This document shows, in pieces, positions 1 to 9,883 of a stretch of DNA of 64,000 bases. How positions within the stretch are numbered: position 1 is the stretch's first letter; the number at the start of each line of letters is the position of its first letter. Location: assembly GCA_963804645.1 (NCBI GenBank), contig CAWDRG010000009.1, positions 320,001 to 384,000 on the forward strand. The letters are read 5' to 3'. The notes below the pieces were generated by a model that was given only the letters and a program-made list of their open reading frames with translations, was not told where the DNA came from and ran no database searches. The DNA comes from an uncultured Bacillota bacterium (GTDB taxonomy: Bacteria > Sysuimicrobiota > Sysuimicrobiia > Sysuimicrobiales > Segetimicrobiaceae). Both the position numbers and the translations under genes were made by a program.

Positions 1-648
1 AACCGGATCCCGCTGGGCCGCGGGCTCGGCAGCAGCGCCGCGGCGATCGTCGCCGGCGCGGTCGCGGCGAACGCGCTGCTCGGCGATCCCCTCGACCGCC
101 AGGCGGTGCTCGATCTCGCCGCGAACCTGGAGGGCCATCCCGACAACGTGGCCGCCGCGCTCGTCGGCGGCTTCGTCGTCTGCGCCGGGACCCCGTCGGG
201 CGTCCGCTGGGTCCGCCTCGTGCCGCCGCCGCTCGGCGTGGTCGTCGCGGTGCCGGAGTTCGCGGTGTCCACCGCGGAGGCGCGGCGCCTGCTGCCGGCC
301 CAGGTTCCGTTCGGCGACGCGGTGTTCAACGTCACGCGCACCGCGCTGCTCGTCGCGGCGCTCGGCGCCGGCCGGACCGAGTTGCTGGGAGACGCGACCG
401 AGGACCGGCTGCACCAGCCGTACCGCGCCCGGTTGATCCCCGGTCTCGACGGGGCGTTCGCGGCGGCCCGCCGCGCCGGAGCGCACGGCGTGGCGCTCAG
501 CGGGTCGGGGCCGACCGTGCTCGCGTTCGGGGACGCGCCGGGGATCGGGGAGGCGATCGCGGACGCGTTCCGGCACGCCGGCGCCGCGTGCCGCACGTTC
601 GCCGTTGAGATCGACCTCGACGGCGCGGTGCAGGAGGCGGTGGCGTGA
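1..648 (+). CDS. thrB: homoserine kinase (5' truncated by window)
   Basis: Frame from base 1 reads [15 protein letters not shown] (GHMP ATP motif), plus EGHPDN and SGSGPT; overlaps the aspartokinase start. Confidence 0.95.
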   Translation, partial: NRIPLGRGLGSSAAAIVAGAVAANALLGDPLDRQAVLDLAANLEGHPDNVAAALVGGFVVCAGTPSGVRWVRLVPPPLGVVVAVPEFAVSTAEARRLLPAQVPFGDAVFNVTRTALLVAALGAGRTELLGDATEDRLHQPYRARLIPGLDGAFAAARRAGAHGVALSGSGPTVLAFGDAPGIGEAIADAFRHAGAACRTFAVEIDLDGAVQEAVA

Positions 649-1859
649 GTTTGATCGTCCAGAAATTTGGCGGCAGCTCGGTCGCCGGTCCGGACCGGAT
701 CCGACACGTCGCCAAGCGCGTGGTCGCGACCCACGCCGAAGGCCACCAGGTCGTGGTCGTCGTGTCGGCGCCCGGGGACATGACCGACGACCTGATCGAG
801 ATGGCGCGCAAGATCACGCCGGAACCGCCGGCGCGCGAGATGGACATGCTGCTGGCGACGGGCGAGCAGGTGTCGATCGCGCTCCTGGCGATGGCGATCC
901 ATGCCGAGGGCCGGCACGCGATCTCGCTCACGGGGGCCCAGGCGCGCATCCGAACCGAGCGCGTGCACAGCCGCGCCCGGATCCTCGACGTCGACCGCCG
1001 GCGCATCGACCAGGAGCTCGGCGGCGGGCGGATCGTCATCGTCGCCGGCTTCCAGGGGATCACCGACGAGGATGAGATCACGACGCTCGGGCGCGGCGGC
1101 TCGGATACGACGGCGGTGGCACTCGCGTCCGCGCTCGATGCGGCGCTGTGCCAGATCTATACCGACGTGGAGGGCGTGTTCACCGCGGACCCGCGGGTCG
1201 TGCCGCAGGCCCGCAAGATCCCGGAGATCTCCTACGACGAAATGCTGGAGATGGCCAGCTCGGGGGCGCTCGTCCTGCAGACGCGCGCCGCGGAACTGGC
1301 GAAGCAGTATCGGGTGCCGCTCGAAGTGCGCAGCAGCTTCGTGGACCGGGAGGGAACCATGATCACCGATCATTCGATGGAACGCCGCCGCGTGGTCACG
1401 GGCGTCACCCACGACCGGCACGTCGCCAAGATCACGGCGACCGGGGTGGGCGACCGGCCGGGAGCCGCGCACGCGATCTTCGAGGCCGTCGCCGCGCGCC
1501 ACGTCAATGTCAACATGATCATCCAAAGCGTCCCCCGGCGCGAGCGCGCGGACATCTCGTTCACGGTGGCGGCGTCCGACATGACGGCCGCGGTCGAAGC
1601 GGTCCGCAGCGTCGCCCGCGACGTGGCCGCCGAGGAGGTCCTCGCGGACGCCGAGGTCGCGATGGTGAGCGCCGTCGGCGCCGGGATGGTCAGCAACCCC
1701 GGGGTGGCGGCGCGCATGTTCGGCGCGCTCGCCCGCGAGGGCATCAACATCGAACTGATTGCGACGTCCGAGATCAAGGTGTCGTGCGTGATCCGGGCCG
1801 TCGACGTCGAGCGCGCGGTCCGGGCCCTGCACGCCGAGTTCGCGCTCGACCGCGAGTAG
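645..1859 (+). CDS. lysC: aspartate kinase
   Basis: [20 protein letters not shown], two C-terminal ACT domains (TSEIKVS). Confidence 0.95.
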   Translation: MSLIVQKFGGSSVAGPDRIRHVAKRVVATHAEGHQVVVVVSAPGDMTDDLIEMARKITPEPPAREMDMLLATGEQVSIALLAMAIHAEGRHAISLTGAQARIRTERVHSRARILDVDRRRIDQELGGGRIVIVAGFQGITDEDEITTLGRGGSDTTAVALASALDAALCQIYTDVEGVFTADPRVVPQARKIPEISYDEMLEMASSGALVLQTRAAELAKQYRVPLEVRSSFVDREGTMITDHSMERRRVVTGVTHDRHVAKITATGVGDRPGAAHAIFEAVAARHVNVNMIIQSVPRRERADISFTVAASDMTAAVEAVRSVARDVAAEEVLADAEVAMVSAVGAGMVSNPGVAARMFGALAREGINIELIATSEIKVSCVIRAVDVERAVRALHAEFALDRE

Positions 1860-1862
1860 GCG

Positions 1863-2621
1863 ATGCGGGGCGGTCGTGGGGTGAGGCGCGCGTCCGCTCG
1901 GCTGCTGCTGGCCGGCGTCGTCTGCGCGGCGCTCGCGGCCCCGTGGCCGACCGCGGCCCGCGCGTCGGCGTACATCACCGTAACCGGCCGCGCGGACTCC
2001 GGCACGTTCACCGTCTCCCTGCGGGGCGCCGCGTCGCTCGCCGGCGCCGCGCGCCGAAGCGGCAGCGTGGTGATCGTGCCGGTGGCGGGAGACCTCGCCC
2101 AACCGCCGGGCCGGGTGGTGTTCACGCGTCCCGTGCCGGGGATCAACGACATCGTGGTCGCGCAGCATGACCCCGCGGTCGTGTGGCTGGTGGCGCACCT
2201 CGCCGGGGGTCCGGTGCCGTTCACCGTGTCCGGCACGAGCGGCGAGGTACGGGTGATCTTCGGACGTGCCGAGGCGGGAACGGCACCGCCGCCGATCGCC
2301 CACCCTCAGCCGCCGGCCCCGCCGCCGCCCGCGGCTCCGCCGCGCCCGCCGGTCGCGCACCCGCCGGCGCCGGCGAAGCCGGCTGCCGGCCCGACGATGA
2401 CCGTCTCCGTCAACTGGGCGCACACGCCCCTCAACCGGGCGCTGGCCGACCTCGAAAATGCGACCGACACCGTGATTATCGCCGACATCGGCGTCGACGG
2501 CTTCCTCACGCTGCGGATGGACAACGCGCCCCTTGACGACGTGCTCCAGGCGATCGCCAACCAGCTGCACGTCCACTTCGTCAAGAAGGACGATACGTAC
2601 TGGCTCACTCGGGGGTCCTAG
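1863..2621 (+). CDS. exported protein: AMIN-like domain, Pro-rich linker, secretin/TonB N-terminal (STN-like) domain
   Basis: Signal peptide ending AARA; PxxP linker; C-terminal 'VSVNW..TPL..AL..L.......II.D..V.G.LTL..DN.P....L..I' pattern. Confidence 0.5.
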   Translation: MRGGRGVRRASARLLLAGVVCAALAAPWPTAARASAYITVTGRADSGTFTVSLRGAASLAGAARRSGSVVIVPVAGDLAQPPGRVVFTRPVPGINDIVVAQHDPAVVWLVAHLAGGPVPFTVSGTSGEVRVIFGRAEAGTAPPPIAHPQPPAPPPPAAPPRPPVAHPPAPAKPAAGPTMTVSVNWAHTPLNRALADLENATDTVIIADIGVDGFLTLRMDNAPLDDVLQAIANQLHVHFVKKDDTYWLTRGS

Positions 2622-2725
2622 CGGCCGGACCACCCGGCTTTTGGGCATAGGGATACCGGGGCACGCGGTCCGCGGGGTCGTCGTCGGGAGGTCGCCGCTC
2701 CCGCCGGACGTCGGGAGGGACGCTC

Positions 2726-3580
2726 GTGGGAACGTTCAGCCGAACGTGGTCCTACATTCAAGTGAGCTGGCGCGTGCTCATGAAGGACACGAGCATTCTC
2801 GTCTTCCCCGTCGTGAGCATGGCCGCCGTCTTGGTGATTCTCGTGCCGTTCGCGATCGGCAACCGGGCGGCGTTTGAGGCGGCGAAGGGATCGTCCGCGA
2901 TGCTGCCCGCGTCGCTCTACGCGCAGACGTTCGTGCTGTATTTGGTGTGCTCGTTCGTCATCGTGTTCGCAAACAGCGCCATGGTCGCATGCGCGTCCCT
3001 CTGCCTGTCGGGCGGGACGGCCACGGTCGCCGACGGATGTAGCGCGGCGCTGCGCAACCTGCCCCGGATCGCGCTCTGGTCGATGATCGCGGGCACGGTC
3101 GGGTTTCTTCTGTCGATGGCCAGGCGCCGCGAAGACGGCATCGTCAATCAACTCGTCACCGCGGTCATCGGCGTGGCCTGGGCGGCCGGCACGTATTTCA
3201 TCATTCCGGTGATCATCCTCGAGGGTTGCGACATTTTTACGGCGTTCAAGCGCTCCGCCGAACTGTTCAGGCGGCAGTGGGGAGCGGCGGTGGCCGGCAA
3301 CGTCGGCTTCGGCGCAGTGTTCATGCTGTTCTGGATCGTGCCGATCGCGCTCGTGGCCGCGGCCGGAGGCCTCGGCATGCTGTCCAAGACGGCCCTCCTC
3401 ACGGCCGTCGTGATGTGCGGGATCTACTTCGTCATCCTGGGGGCGGTCCAGTCGGCGCTCGAAGAGATCTTTGTGGTCGTCGCCTATCAGCAGGCCAGCG
3501 GCACCGGGAATCCTCAGGAGATCGACCCACAGTTTGCGATGGCGGGATTTTCGCAGGGCGAGCTCAGAATCAACGACTGA
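2726..3580 (+). CDS. membrane protein (DUF6159-like)
   Basis: Multiple TM helices; SW.VL..D, 'TYFIIPVI.LE', 'AFKRS..LF...WG' pattern. Confidence 0.65.
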   Translation: MGTFSRTWSYIQVSWRVLMKDTSILVFPVVSMAAVLVILVPFAIGNRAAFEAAKGSSAMLPASLYAQTFVLYLVCSFVIVFANSAMVACASLCLSGGTATVADGCSAALRNLPRIALWSMIAGTVGFLLSMARRREDGIVNQLVTAVIGVAWAAGTYFIIPVIILEGCDIFTAFKRSAELFRRQWGAAVAGNVGFGAVFMLFWIVPIALVAAAGGLGMLSKTALLTAVVMCGIYFVILGAVQSALEEIFVVVAYQQASGTGNPQEIDPQFAMAGFSQGELRIND

Positions 3581-3663
3581 CGACCGCGCCCGTCCCGGTC
3601 AGGCCGGGCGAAGCACACCGGAATCCCGCGGCCCCGCGGGATCGATCACCGCCCCGCTCGGGT

Positions 3664-4093
3664 TCACGCGCACGAAGACGGCCGCCAGCAGGCGGGATCA
3701 CGGTTGCCAAGGAAGCCCGATCTGACCACGCCGCGTGTGCGCGCACAGATGCGGTGACGACCGGCGAGGGATGGCCGGTCGGGAGACCCCGCCACCTGCT
3801 CCAAAGGCGCCCGCAGCGTCGTCGAGACATACGTCCGCGGGCGTCCCATCCGTGCGCGCGCCCGTTTCGGCCGGCGCCGCAGCAGGCGAATGGCCACCTT
3901 GCGATCGCGCTTGGTGATGCGGCAAAACTCGTCCAAGAGGCGCCCGTTCTCACGGCGGCTGGCCAGCCGATAGTGCGGACGCACCGATGCGGCGTACTCG
4001 CGAACGCGGTGGGGACCGATGTCGCCTCCAAGCCCTGGGTAAGGGGGGTTTTGAGGCAACACCTTCCCGTTCGGTAAGGATAATTTTGAGGCA
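3664..4093 (-). pseudogene. degenerate IS transposase remnant (rve/integrase-core, IS481/ISNCY-like) with end repeats
   Basis: REYAASVRPHYRLASRRENGRLLDEFCRITKRDRKVAIRLL..GRPRTY resembles the N-terminus of these transposases; catalytic core missing; two GGTAAGG-N4-TTTTGAGGCA repeats at 4038-4058 and 4073-4093. Confidence 0.7.
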
Positions 4094-4103
4094 CTTCACC
4101 GCC

Positions 4104-4132
4104 TTGACAACCTGCCCGGGGCTCCGTAGCAT
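4104..4132 (+). promoter_or_regulatory. sigma70-type promoter of metG leader
   Basis: TTGACA (4104-4109), 17 nt spacer, TAGCAT (4127-4132). Confidence 0.8.
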
Positions 4133-4140
4133 AGGTCCAA

Positions 4141-4452
4141 AGCGATGACGGAGCGGGAGTACGCCCGCCGCCGGCCCGAAGCCGCGGAAGCGGCCCGAGA
4201 GAGCCGGGTCAGGTGCGAGCCGGTGGGAGCGGCGGGCGGAACATGGCTCCGGAGCTGCGCGCGGAAACGCGGACGGTGCGTCCGCGGAGTAGGCGGCGCC
4301 GCGGTGCCCCCGTGACGGGCGGCGTTCGGACGTGTGTCAGGCGCGGTGCGCCGGGCGCGCGCCCGGGCGATGAGGCCCGATGCCGGGCGAAGATGGGTGG
4401 TACCGCGGAGGAGTATGCCTCTCGTCCCTGAGACGAGGGGCATCATGTTTTT
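4141..4452 (+). ncRNA. T-box riboswitch (Met specifier) with terminator
   Basis: Stem I GGAGC/GCTCC with AUG specifier at 4243-4245; T-box GGTGGTACCGCG at 4396-4407; terminator hairpin 4417-4441 followed by a T run; upstream of metG. Confidence 0.9.
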
Positions 4453-4490
4453 CACACGCGCGCGGGACGCGCGGAGACGAGGGACACACG

Positions 4491-6485
4491 ATGAAGACCT
4501 ACTACATTACGACGCCGATCTACTACGTGAACGGCGAGCCGCACATCGGCCACGCGTACACGACGATCGCGGCGGACGTGGCGGCGCGGTTCAAGCGGCT
4601 CGCGGGCTACGACGTGTTCTTTCTGACGGGCACCGACGAGCACGGCATCAACATTGCCCGCGTCGCCGAGCGAAACGGCGTCCCGCCGCAGGTGTGGGCG
4701 GACCGGATCGCGGGCCAGTTCCGCCAGTTGTGGCAGATTCTCCACATCTCCAACGACGACTTCGTCCGCACGACCGAGCCGCGCCACCGCGCGGTCGCGC
4801 AGCACATATTCGAGCGGCTGTACCGTTCGGGCGATATCTACCTCGGCACCTACGAAGGGTGGTACTGCCCTTCGTGTGAGAGCTTCTACCAGGAGAACGA
4901 TCTCGGGCCCGACCACACGTGCCCCGTGCACACCGGGCGCGCGCTCGAGTGGACCGCCGAGGAAGCCTACATGTTCCGGCTCTCCGCCTACACGGACTGG
5001 CTCCTGCGGCACATCGAAGAGCACCCGGAAGCCGTCGGGCCCGACGGCCCCCGCAACGAGGTGCTCTCCCTGCTGCGCTCCGGCCTCAAGGACATCGCGG
5101 TCAGCCGCACCACGTTCACGTGGGGCGTGCCGGTCCCGTTCGACCCGAAGCACGTCATCTACGTCTGGATCGACGCGCTGACCAACTACATTACCGCCGC
5201 GGGGATCCTGGACGACCGGGAGAAGTTCGCGCGCTATTGGCCCGCGGACGTCCACCTGGTGGGGAAAGACATCGTCCGGTTCCACGCGGTGATCTGGCCG
5301 ATCGTGCTCCACGCCGCGGGGATTCCCGTGCCGAAGCGGACGTTCGCGCACGGATGGCTCACGTTCGGCGGCCAGAAATTCAGCAAGTCGCTCGGCATCA
5401 TCCTGGACCCCGCCGCGCTGTCCCGCGAGGTCGCCGCCGAGGCGGGCGCCGACGTGGACATCGCGGTGGACGCGGTGCGGTACTTCCTCCTGCGCGAGAT
5501 CCCGTTTGGGGCGAACGGAGACTTCAGCAAGGCGGCGCTGATTCACCGTTTCAACGCCGACCTCGCGAACGACTACGGCAACCTGCTGAACCGCGCGCTG
5601 CCGATCGTCGAACGCCAGCTGGGCGGCCGCATCCCCGCGCGCGGCCCGGAGGAGGGCGGCGACGCCGCGCTGCGCGAGCTCGCCGCGGCGGTCGCGGCCG
5701 CGATCGAACCGGCGATCGACCGCTTGGATTTCCGCGGCGCGCTCGAGGAGATCTGGAAGATCCTGTCCGCCGGCAACAAGTACTTCGATGAAGAGGCGCC
5801 GTGGCGGGTGTTTCAGGCGGGGCACGTGCAGCGGGGCGGCACCATCTTGTACAATACGCTCGAAGCCGTCCGCGTCGCGACCGTCCTGCTGTCGCCGTGG
5901 CTGCCGACCGCAGCCGCCCGCGTATGGGAGCAGCTGGGGATCGACGCGCCCCTCGCCGCACAGCGCCTGCCCGACGCCGCGCGATGGGGCGGGTTGCCCG
6001 AGGGGACGCGCGTGCGTCCCGGCGCGCCGATCTTTCCAAGAATCGAGACCCGGCCCGCAGCGCGGGAGCAGCCGACCGGCACGCGCGGCGCCGCGCGCGC
6101 ACCGCGCGCGCCAGAGGAAGCGGCGGCCGCCGGCACGGCGTCCAGAGGAGGCACGGGGATGGGCACGATCTCGATCGACGACTTCCGGAAGGTCGAGCTG
6201 CGGGTCGCGGAGATCCTGGAGGCGAAGCGGGTCCCCGGCGCGGACAAGATCCTGGAACTGCGCATCAAGATCGGCGACGAGACGCGCTCGCTGGCCGCCG
6301 GCATCGCCCAGCACTACGCGCCCGAGGCGCTGGTCGGGCGCAAGATCGTGGTCGTCGCGAATCTCGAACCGCGCCGCGTGCGCGGCGTGGAGTCGCAGGG
6401 CATGCTGCTCGCGGCCAGCCACGACGGCCGCGTGGTCCTGCTTGGTGTCGATGGGGACGTTCCGAGCGGCGCTCCGGTGTCGTAG
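4491..6485 (+). CDS. metG: methionine--tRNA ligase with C-terminal tRNA-binding (Trbp111-like) domain
   Basis: YYITTPIYYVN, HIGH, CPSCE knuckle, KFSKS, C-terminal OB-fold (ESQGMLLAA). Confidence 0.97.
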   Translation: MKTYYITTPIYYVNGEPHIGHAYTTIAADVAARFKRLAGYDVFFLTGTDEHGINIARVAERNGVPPQVWADRIAGQFRQLWQILHISNDDFVRTTEPRHRAVAQHIFERLYRSGDIYLGTYEGWYCPSCESFYQENDLGPDHTCPVHTGRALEWTAEEAYMFRLSAYTDWLLRHIEEHPEAVGPDGPRNEVLSLLRSGLKDIAVSRTTFTWGVPVPFDPKHVIYVWIDALTNYITAAGILDDREKFARYWPADVHLVGKDIVRFHAVIWPIVLHAAGIPVPKRTFAHGWLTFGGQKFSKSLGIILDPAALSREVAAEAGADVDIAVDAVRYFLLREIPFGANGDFSKAALIHRFNADLANDYGNLLNRALPIVERQLGGRIPARGPEEGGDAALRELAAAVAAAIEPAIDRLDFRGALEEIWKILSAGNKYFDEEAPWRVFQAGHVQRGGTILYNTLEAVRVATVLLSPWLPTAAARVWEQLGIDAPLAAQRLPDAARWGGLPEGTRVRPGAPIFPRIETRPAAREQPTGTRGAARAPRAPEEAAAAGTASRGGTGMGTISIDDFRKVELRVAEILEAKRVPGADKILELRIKIGDETRSLAAGIAQHYAPEALVGRKIVVVANLEPRRVRGVESQGMLLAASHDGRVVLLGVDGDVPSGAPVS

Positions 6486-6542
6486 AATGAAGACGTCGCG
6501 CCCGACCACCGGCGCGCGCATCCGCTCCAGGGGAGGCGACAG

Positions 6543-6959
6543 ATGCTCATGACTCGGAAGCACGTGGTACGGATGGCCGCGCTGCTCGCGGCCGCGGTGA
6601 TGCTCGGCCCGGCCCGCCCCGCGTTCGCGGACGCTCGAGACATCTCCGTCGGGGGCGTCTACATCTGCACGATCACGCATGACGCGTCCGGCTACACGTC
6701 GTACCAGCGCGCCGCGCAGTTCAACAAGCGGATCACGGATGTGCTGAGCACGCCGGCGTTCCAGCGGGGCGGCACCGTGGTTGTCAGCCAGATGGGCGGG
6801 TCGGCGACGGTCTCGGTCGGCAACATCCTCGTGTTCACGGTCACGCCGGCGGACGTCGAGCCCACGAACGAAACCACGGTCGACCTGGCCAAGACGTGGG
6901 CGCAGCGCCTCGCGCAGGGCTTGGGGGTCGCGATGCCGGGCTCGACGTTCCACTTCTAG
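6543..6959 (+). CDS. exported hypothetical protein
   Basis: GGAGG RBS; signal peptide ending AFA; codon usage typical of the host genes. Confidence 0.7.
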   Translation: MLMTRKHVVRMAALLAAAVMLGPARPAFADARDISVGGVYICTITHDASGYTSYQRAAQFNKRITDVLSTPAFQRGGTVVVSQMGGSATVSVGNILVFTVTPADVEPTNETTVDLAKTWAQRLAQGLGVAMPGSTFHF

Positions 6960-6999
6960 CGCGGCGCGCACGCCCGCAGCGCGCCGAGCCCGGCCGCGG

Positions 7000-7311
7000 T
7001 TAGGGCACCGCCTGCCTGAAGCTCTTGCCGATCGCGAACAGGATCGGGCTGGCGGACCGCCGCGCGACGACCGGGGCCTGGTGAGAGATCAGCACGACGC
7101 CGGGGTTGCCGTCCTCGCCCGGTCCGATCGTGAATTGGACGACGCCGCCCACCAGTTCCCCCCGGTGGTTGGTCCACTCCGCGGACGCGGCCGCGAGTTG
7201 CCCGTCGGGCGACGGGGCGATCCCCACCGTCTTGAAATAGAAATCGGGAGACGTCTGTTGGAATTGCTGCGTCAGGTTCAGGATGAGCTCCTCCGCGGTC
7301 ACCTGTTCCAT
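7000..7311 (-). CDS. hypothetical protein
   Basis: ATG ORF with globular-like composition filling the intergenic gap. Confidence 0.55.
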   Translation of the reverse strand: MEQVTAEELILNLTQQFQQTSPDFYFKTVGIAPSPDGQLAAASAEWTNHRGELVGGVVQFTIGPGEDGNPGVVLISHQAPVVARRSASPILFAIGKSFRQAVP

Positions 7312-7495
7312 TCAGCGTGACCAGCGGGAGCACCGCGTCGCAGGTCCCTCCATCGGGGCGTCTTGATAAAGACGGCAACCCCGTTGTCTCTCACACGCCA
7401 CGTCGACGGGTGCTTCCGAGTGCTGGGCTCGGATGTATACTGAGGGTGGAACGTCACCCGTCAACGGAGCCCCGACTTAAGGAGGCCGCGCAGGA

Positions 7496-8590
7496 ATGAG
7501 CGCGACGCCGCAGCTCGACCCATTGACCCGCGTCATGCGTCTGCTCGGCCTCGTCCTGCTCATGGTATTCCTGCTGTGGCTGGCGTACAAGGTGCGCCTT
7601 GTCCTATTGTTGCTGGTCGCCAGCATCTTGGTGGCGTATGCGCTGGAGCCGCTCGTCCGCATTTTCAGCGGGGGCCAGCCCCAGCGGCGCGGCCTTGGCA
7701 CCGCCCTCGCATTTGCGACGGTGTTCGTCGGCCTCGCGCTCGTCGGCATGGTCACCCTCGGCCCGGCGGTGGGCCAGGGCGCGGCCCTCGGGTCCGCGTT
7801 GGCCGGCTACGCGCAGCACTTCCACCCGGAGGGCGTCACCTCTCTTTCCAACCGGGTCAAGGCCGGGCTGGACCCGAACCTGCGCGCGGTCTTTGACAAC
7901 GTCGAGGCGCAGCTCGTGAAATGGCTGAGCCAGGCGGGCGGGGGCGTCGCGCAGATGGGCGTCGCGTGGGCGAGTGCGTTGCCGACCCTCCTTGCGTACG
8001 CCGCGCTGATCCTCTCGATGACCGGTCTGATCCTCGGGAGCAAGGCGTACTTCAAGCGGCAGGTGTTCGATGTCATTCCGACCGCGTGGCAGGCCGACGC
8101 CGAGACCCTGTTCGGGCAGATCGATCAGGCCCTCGCCGCGTACGTACGCGGCACCCTGGTCATCGCCGCGGGCGTGGGCCTCCTCCTCACGCTCGGCATG
8201 CTGCTCCTGGGCGTGCACTACGCGCTGCCGATCGGGCTGTTCGCCGCGGTGATGCAGTTGGTGCCAGTCGTCGGCGGCGCGCTCGGGCTCATCGGGGCCG
8301 TGACCGTCGCCGCGTTCCAGAGCGTGCCGGTGGCGATCGAAGTCCTCGTGCTCTTCTCCGTCATGTTCTTCGTCTCCGGCAACATCCTCGGCCCCAAGGT
8401 CATGGGGAGGGCGGTGGCGATTAACCCGCTCGTCATCCTGGTCGTGACGTTCGCCGGGACGCTGCTCGGAGGGTTCGTGGGTCTGCTGCTGGCCGTGCCG
8501 GTCACCGCGATCCTGCGGGTCATCATCGCGTTCTTCTATCAGCGGTACGCGGCCGCGTGGCGCCTGGGCCCGGCCGAGCCGCCAGCCTAA
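7496..8590 (+). CDS. AI-2E family transporter
   Basis: 'AYALEPLV', 'YVRG', 'GNILGPKVMG..V.INP', 'GLLLAVP'; AAGGAGG RBS. Confidence 0.9.
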   Translation: MSATPQLDPLTRVMRLLGLVLLMVFLLWLAYKVRLVLLLLVASILVAYALEPLVRIFSGGQPQRRGLGTALAFATVFVGLALVGMVTLGPAVGQGAALGSALAGYAQHFHPEGVTSLSNRVKAGLDPNLRAVFDNVEAQLVKWLSQAGGGVAQMGVAWASALPTLLAYAALILSMTGLILGSKAYFKRQVFDVIPTAWQADAETLFGQIDQALAAYVRGTLVIAAGVGLLLTLGMLLLGVHYALPIGLFAAVMQLVPVVGGALGLIGAVTVAAFQSVPVAIEVLVLFSVMFFVSGNILGPKVMGRAVAINPLVILVVTFAGTLLGGFVGLLLAVPVTAILRVIIAFFYQRYAAAWRLGPAEPPA

Positions 8591-8984
8591 CACCAAACCG
8601 GCGGGCCCTCCCCAGCGTCACACGGCGGCGGCGGACATCGTTCCCCTCCGTCAGACACGCGACGAGGTCGAGATAATCGCCGGGCACGACCGCCGCGGCC
8701 GAGTACGCCGGCAACTCGCAGGCGGCCGCAGCACCGGGCGCCCAGGCGGCCCGCCAGGGACGCAGGGCCCGCGCGACCGCGATGACCCTCCCGTCCCGCC
8801 CGCAGAACACCACGTCGATCGGCGCCCGCATCCCGGCCGTGTGCACCGCGGCGCAGGGGGTGAGCCACAGCGCGTCGCCATCGGCAGGCGGGCGGCCGAT
8901 CCACCCCCGGCACCGGCGTCCCCACGTCGCCGCCACGTCACAGCGGACCGCCAGCACGAGGCCGGACTCGCGATGCCGCAGCAT
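8523..8984 (-). CDS. DUF192 family protein (Tad locus associated)
   Basis: 'RRCRGWIGR', 'PCAAVHTAGMRAPIDVVF', 'LRPWR', 'ELPA'; coupled to tadC. Confidence 0.75.
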   Translation of the reverse strand: MLRHRESGLVLAVRCDVAATWGRRCRGWIGRPPADGDALWLTPCAAVHTAGMRAPIDVVFCGRDGRVIAVARALRPWRAAWAPGAAAACELPAYSAAAVVPGDYLDLVACLTEGNDVRRRRVTLGRARRFGVRLAARPGPGATRPRTADRRTR

Positions 8985-9883
8985 CACCGGAGGAGCCCGC
9001 CGGGTCCGAGCAGCTTCAGCGCCACCGGCCCCAACCCGATGATGAACACCTGCGGGAACACGCACACGACGAGCGGCAGCACGAGTTTCACCGCGAGCGC
9101 CCGCGCCGCTTCCTCCGCGCGCCGCAGCGCCATCCGCCTGAGGTGCGAGGCCTGCGCCTGGAGCGCGTCGGCGAGCGGCGCCCCGAGCCGGGCACTCTGG
9201 CCGAGCGTCGACGCCACGACCGAGAGCGCCTCGACGGGATAGCGCCGCAGGAGCTCGGCCATCCCCTCCTCGATCGTTCGCCCGAAGGCGAGGTCCGCGA
9301 GATAGCCGCGGAACGCCTGCCCGGCGACGCCGGGCGCCGTTCCGGCGTACTCGGCCACCGCGGCCGGGAGGCTGAGGCCGGCCCGGAGACCGACGACGAT
9401 CCCATCGAGCGCATCGGGAAGATCCCGCTCGAACTGCCGCCGCCGCGACGCGCCCCTGCGCTCCATCCATCCGCGGGGCTGGAGCCACCCGATCGCCAGC
9501 GCGCATGCGCTCCACCCGAGCGGCGGGCCCGGCAGCCCGAGCAGCCTGACCAACGTCCACGCCGCCAGCGCGGCGGCCACACCGGTCGCCAGCGCGAGCG
9601 CCTCGAACGTCTCGGGCTCCCACTCAAGCGCGGCGCGCGCCAAGCGGTCGGCCGTGCGCCGCCGCCGGCCCTCGGAACTCGCCCGGCGCAGCCACGCGGC
9701 GGTCCTGCCGCCGGTGAGCCTGGCGAACCGGCCGATCGGCGTCGGGCGCCGGCGCTCGTGCGATGCGTCCGCGGCCGCGAAGCGCCGGAGGCGGCGCAGC
9801 GCCGCGTCCGGCACGCGCGGCGGCCGAGCCGCCGCCAGCGCGAGGGCGCCGAGCACGGCGAGGAGCCACACGTCCCACCACAT
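8984..9883 (-). CDS. tadC: Tad pilus inner-membrane platform protein TadC
   Basis: T2SSF domain 'LPDALD.I...LRAGLS', 'AEE.AR...VKLVLPLV'; TGATG overlap with tadB. Confidence 0.88.
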   Translation of the reverse strand: MWWDVWLLAVLGALALAAARPPRVPDAALRRLRRFAAADASHERRRPTPIGRFARLTGGRTAAWLRRASSEGRRRRTADRLARAALEWEPETFEALALATGVAAALAAWTLVRLLGLPGPPLGWSACALAIGWLQPRGWMERRGASRRRQFERDLPDALDGIVVGLRAGLSLPAAVAEYAGTAPGVAGQAFRGYLADLAFGRTIEEGMAELLRRYPVEALSVVASTLGQSARLGAPLADALQAQASHLRRMALRRAEEAARALAVKLVLPLVVCVFPQVFIIGLGPVALKLLGPGGLLR

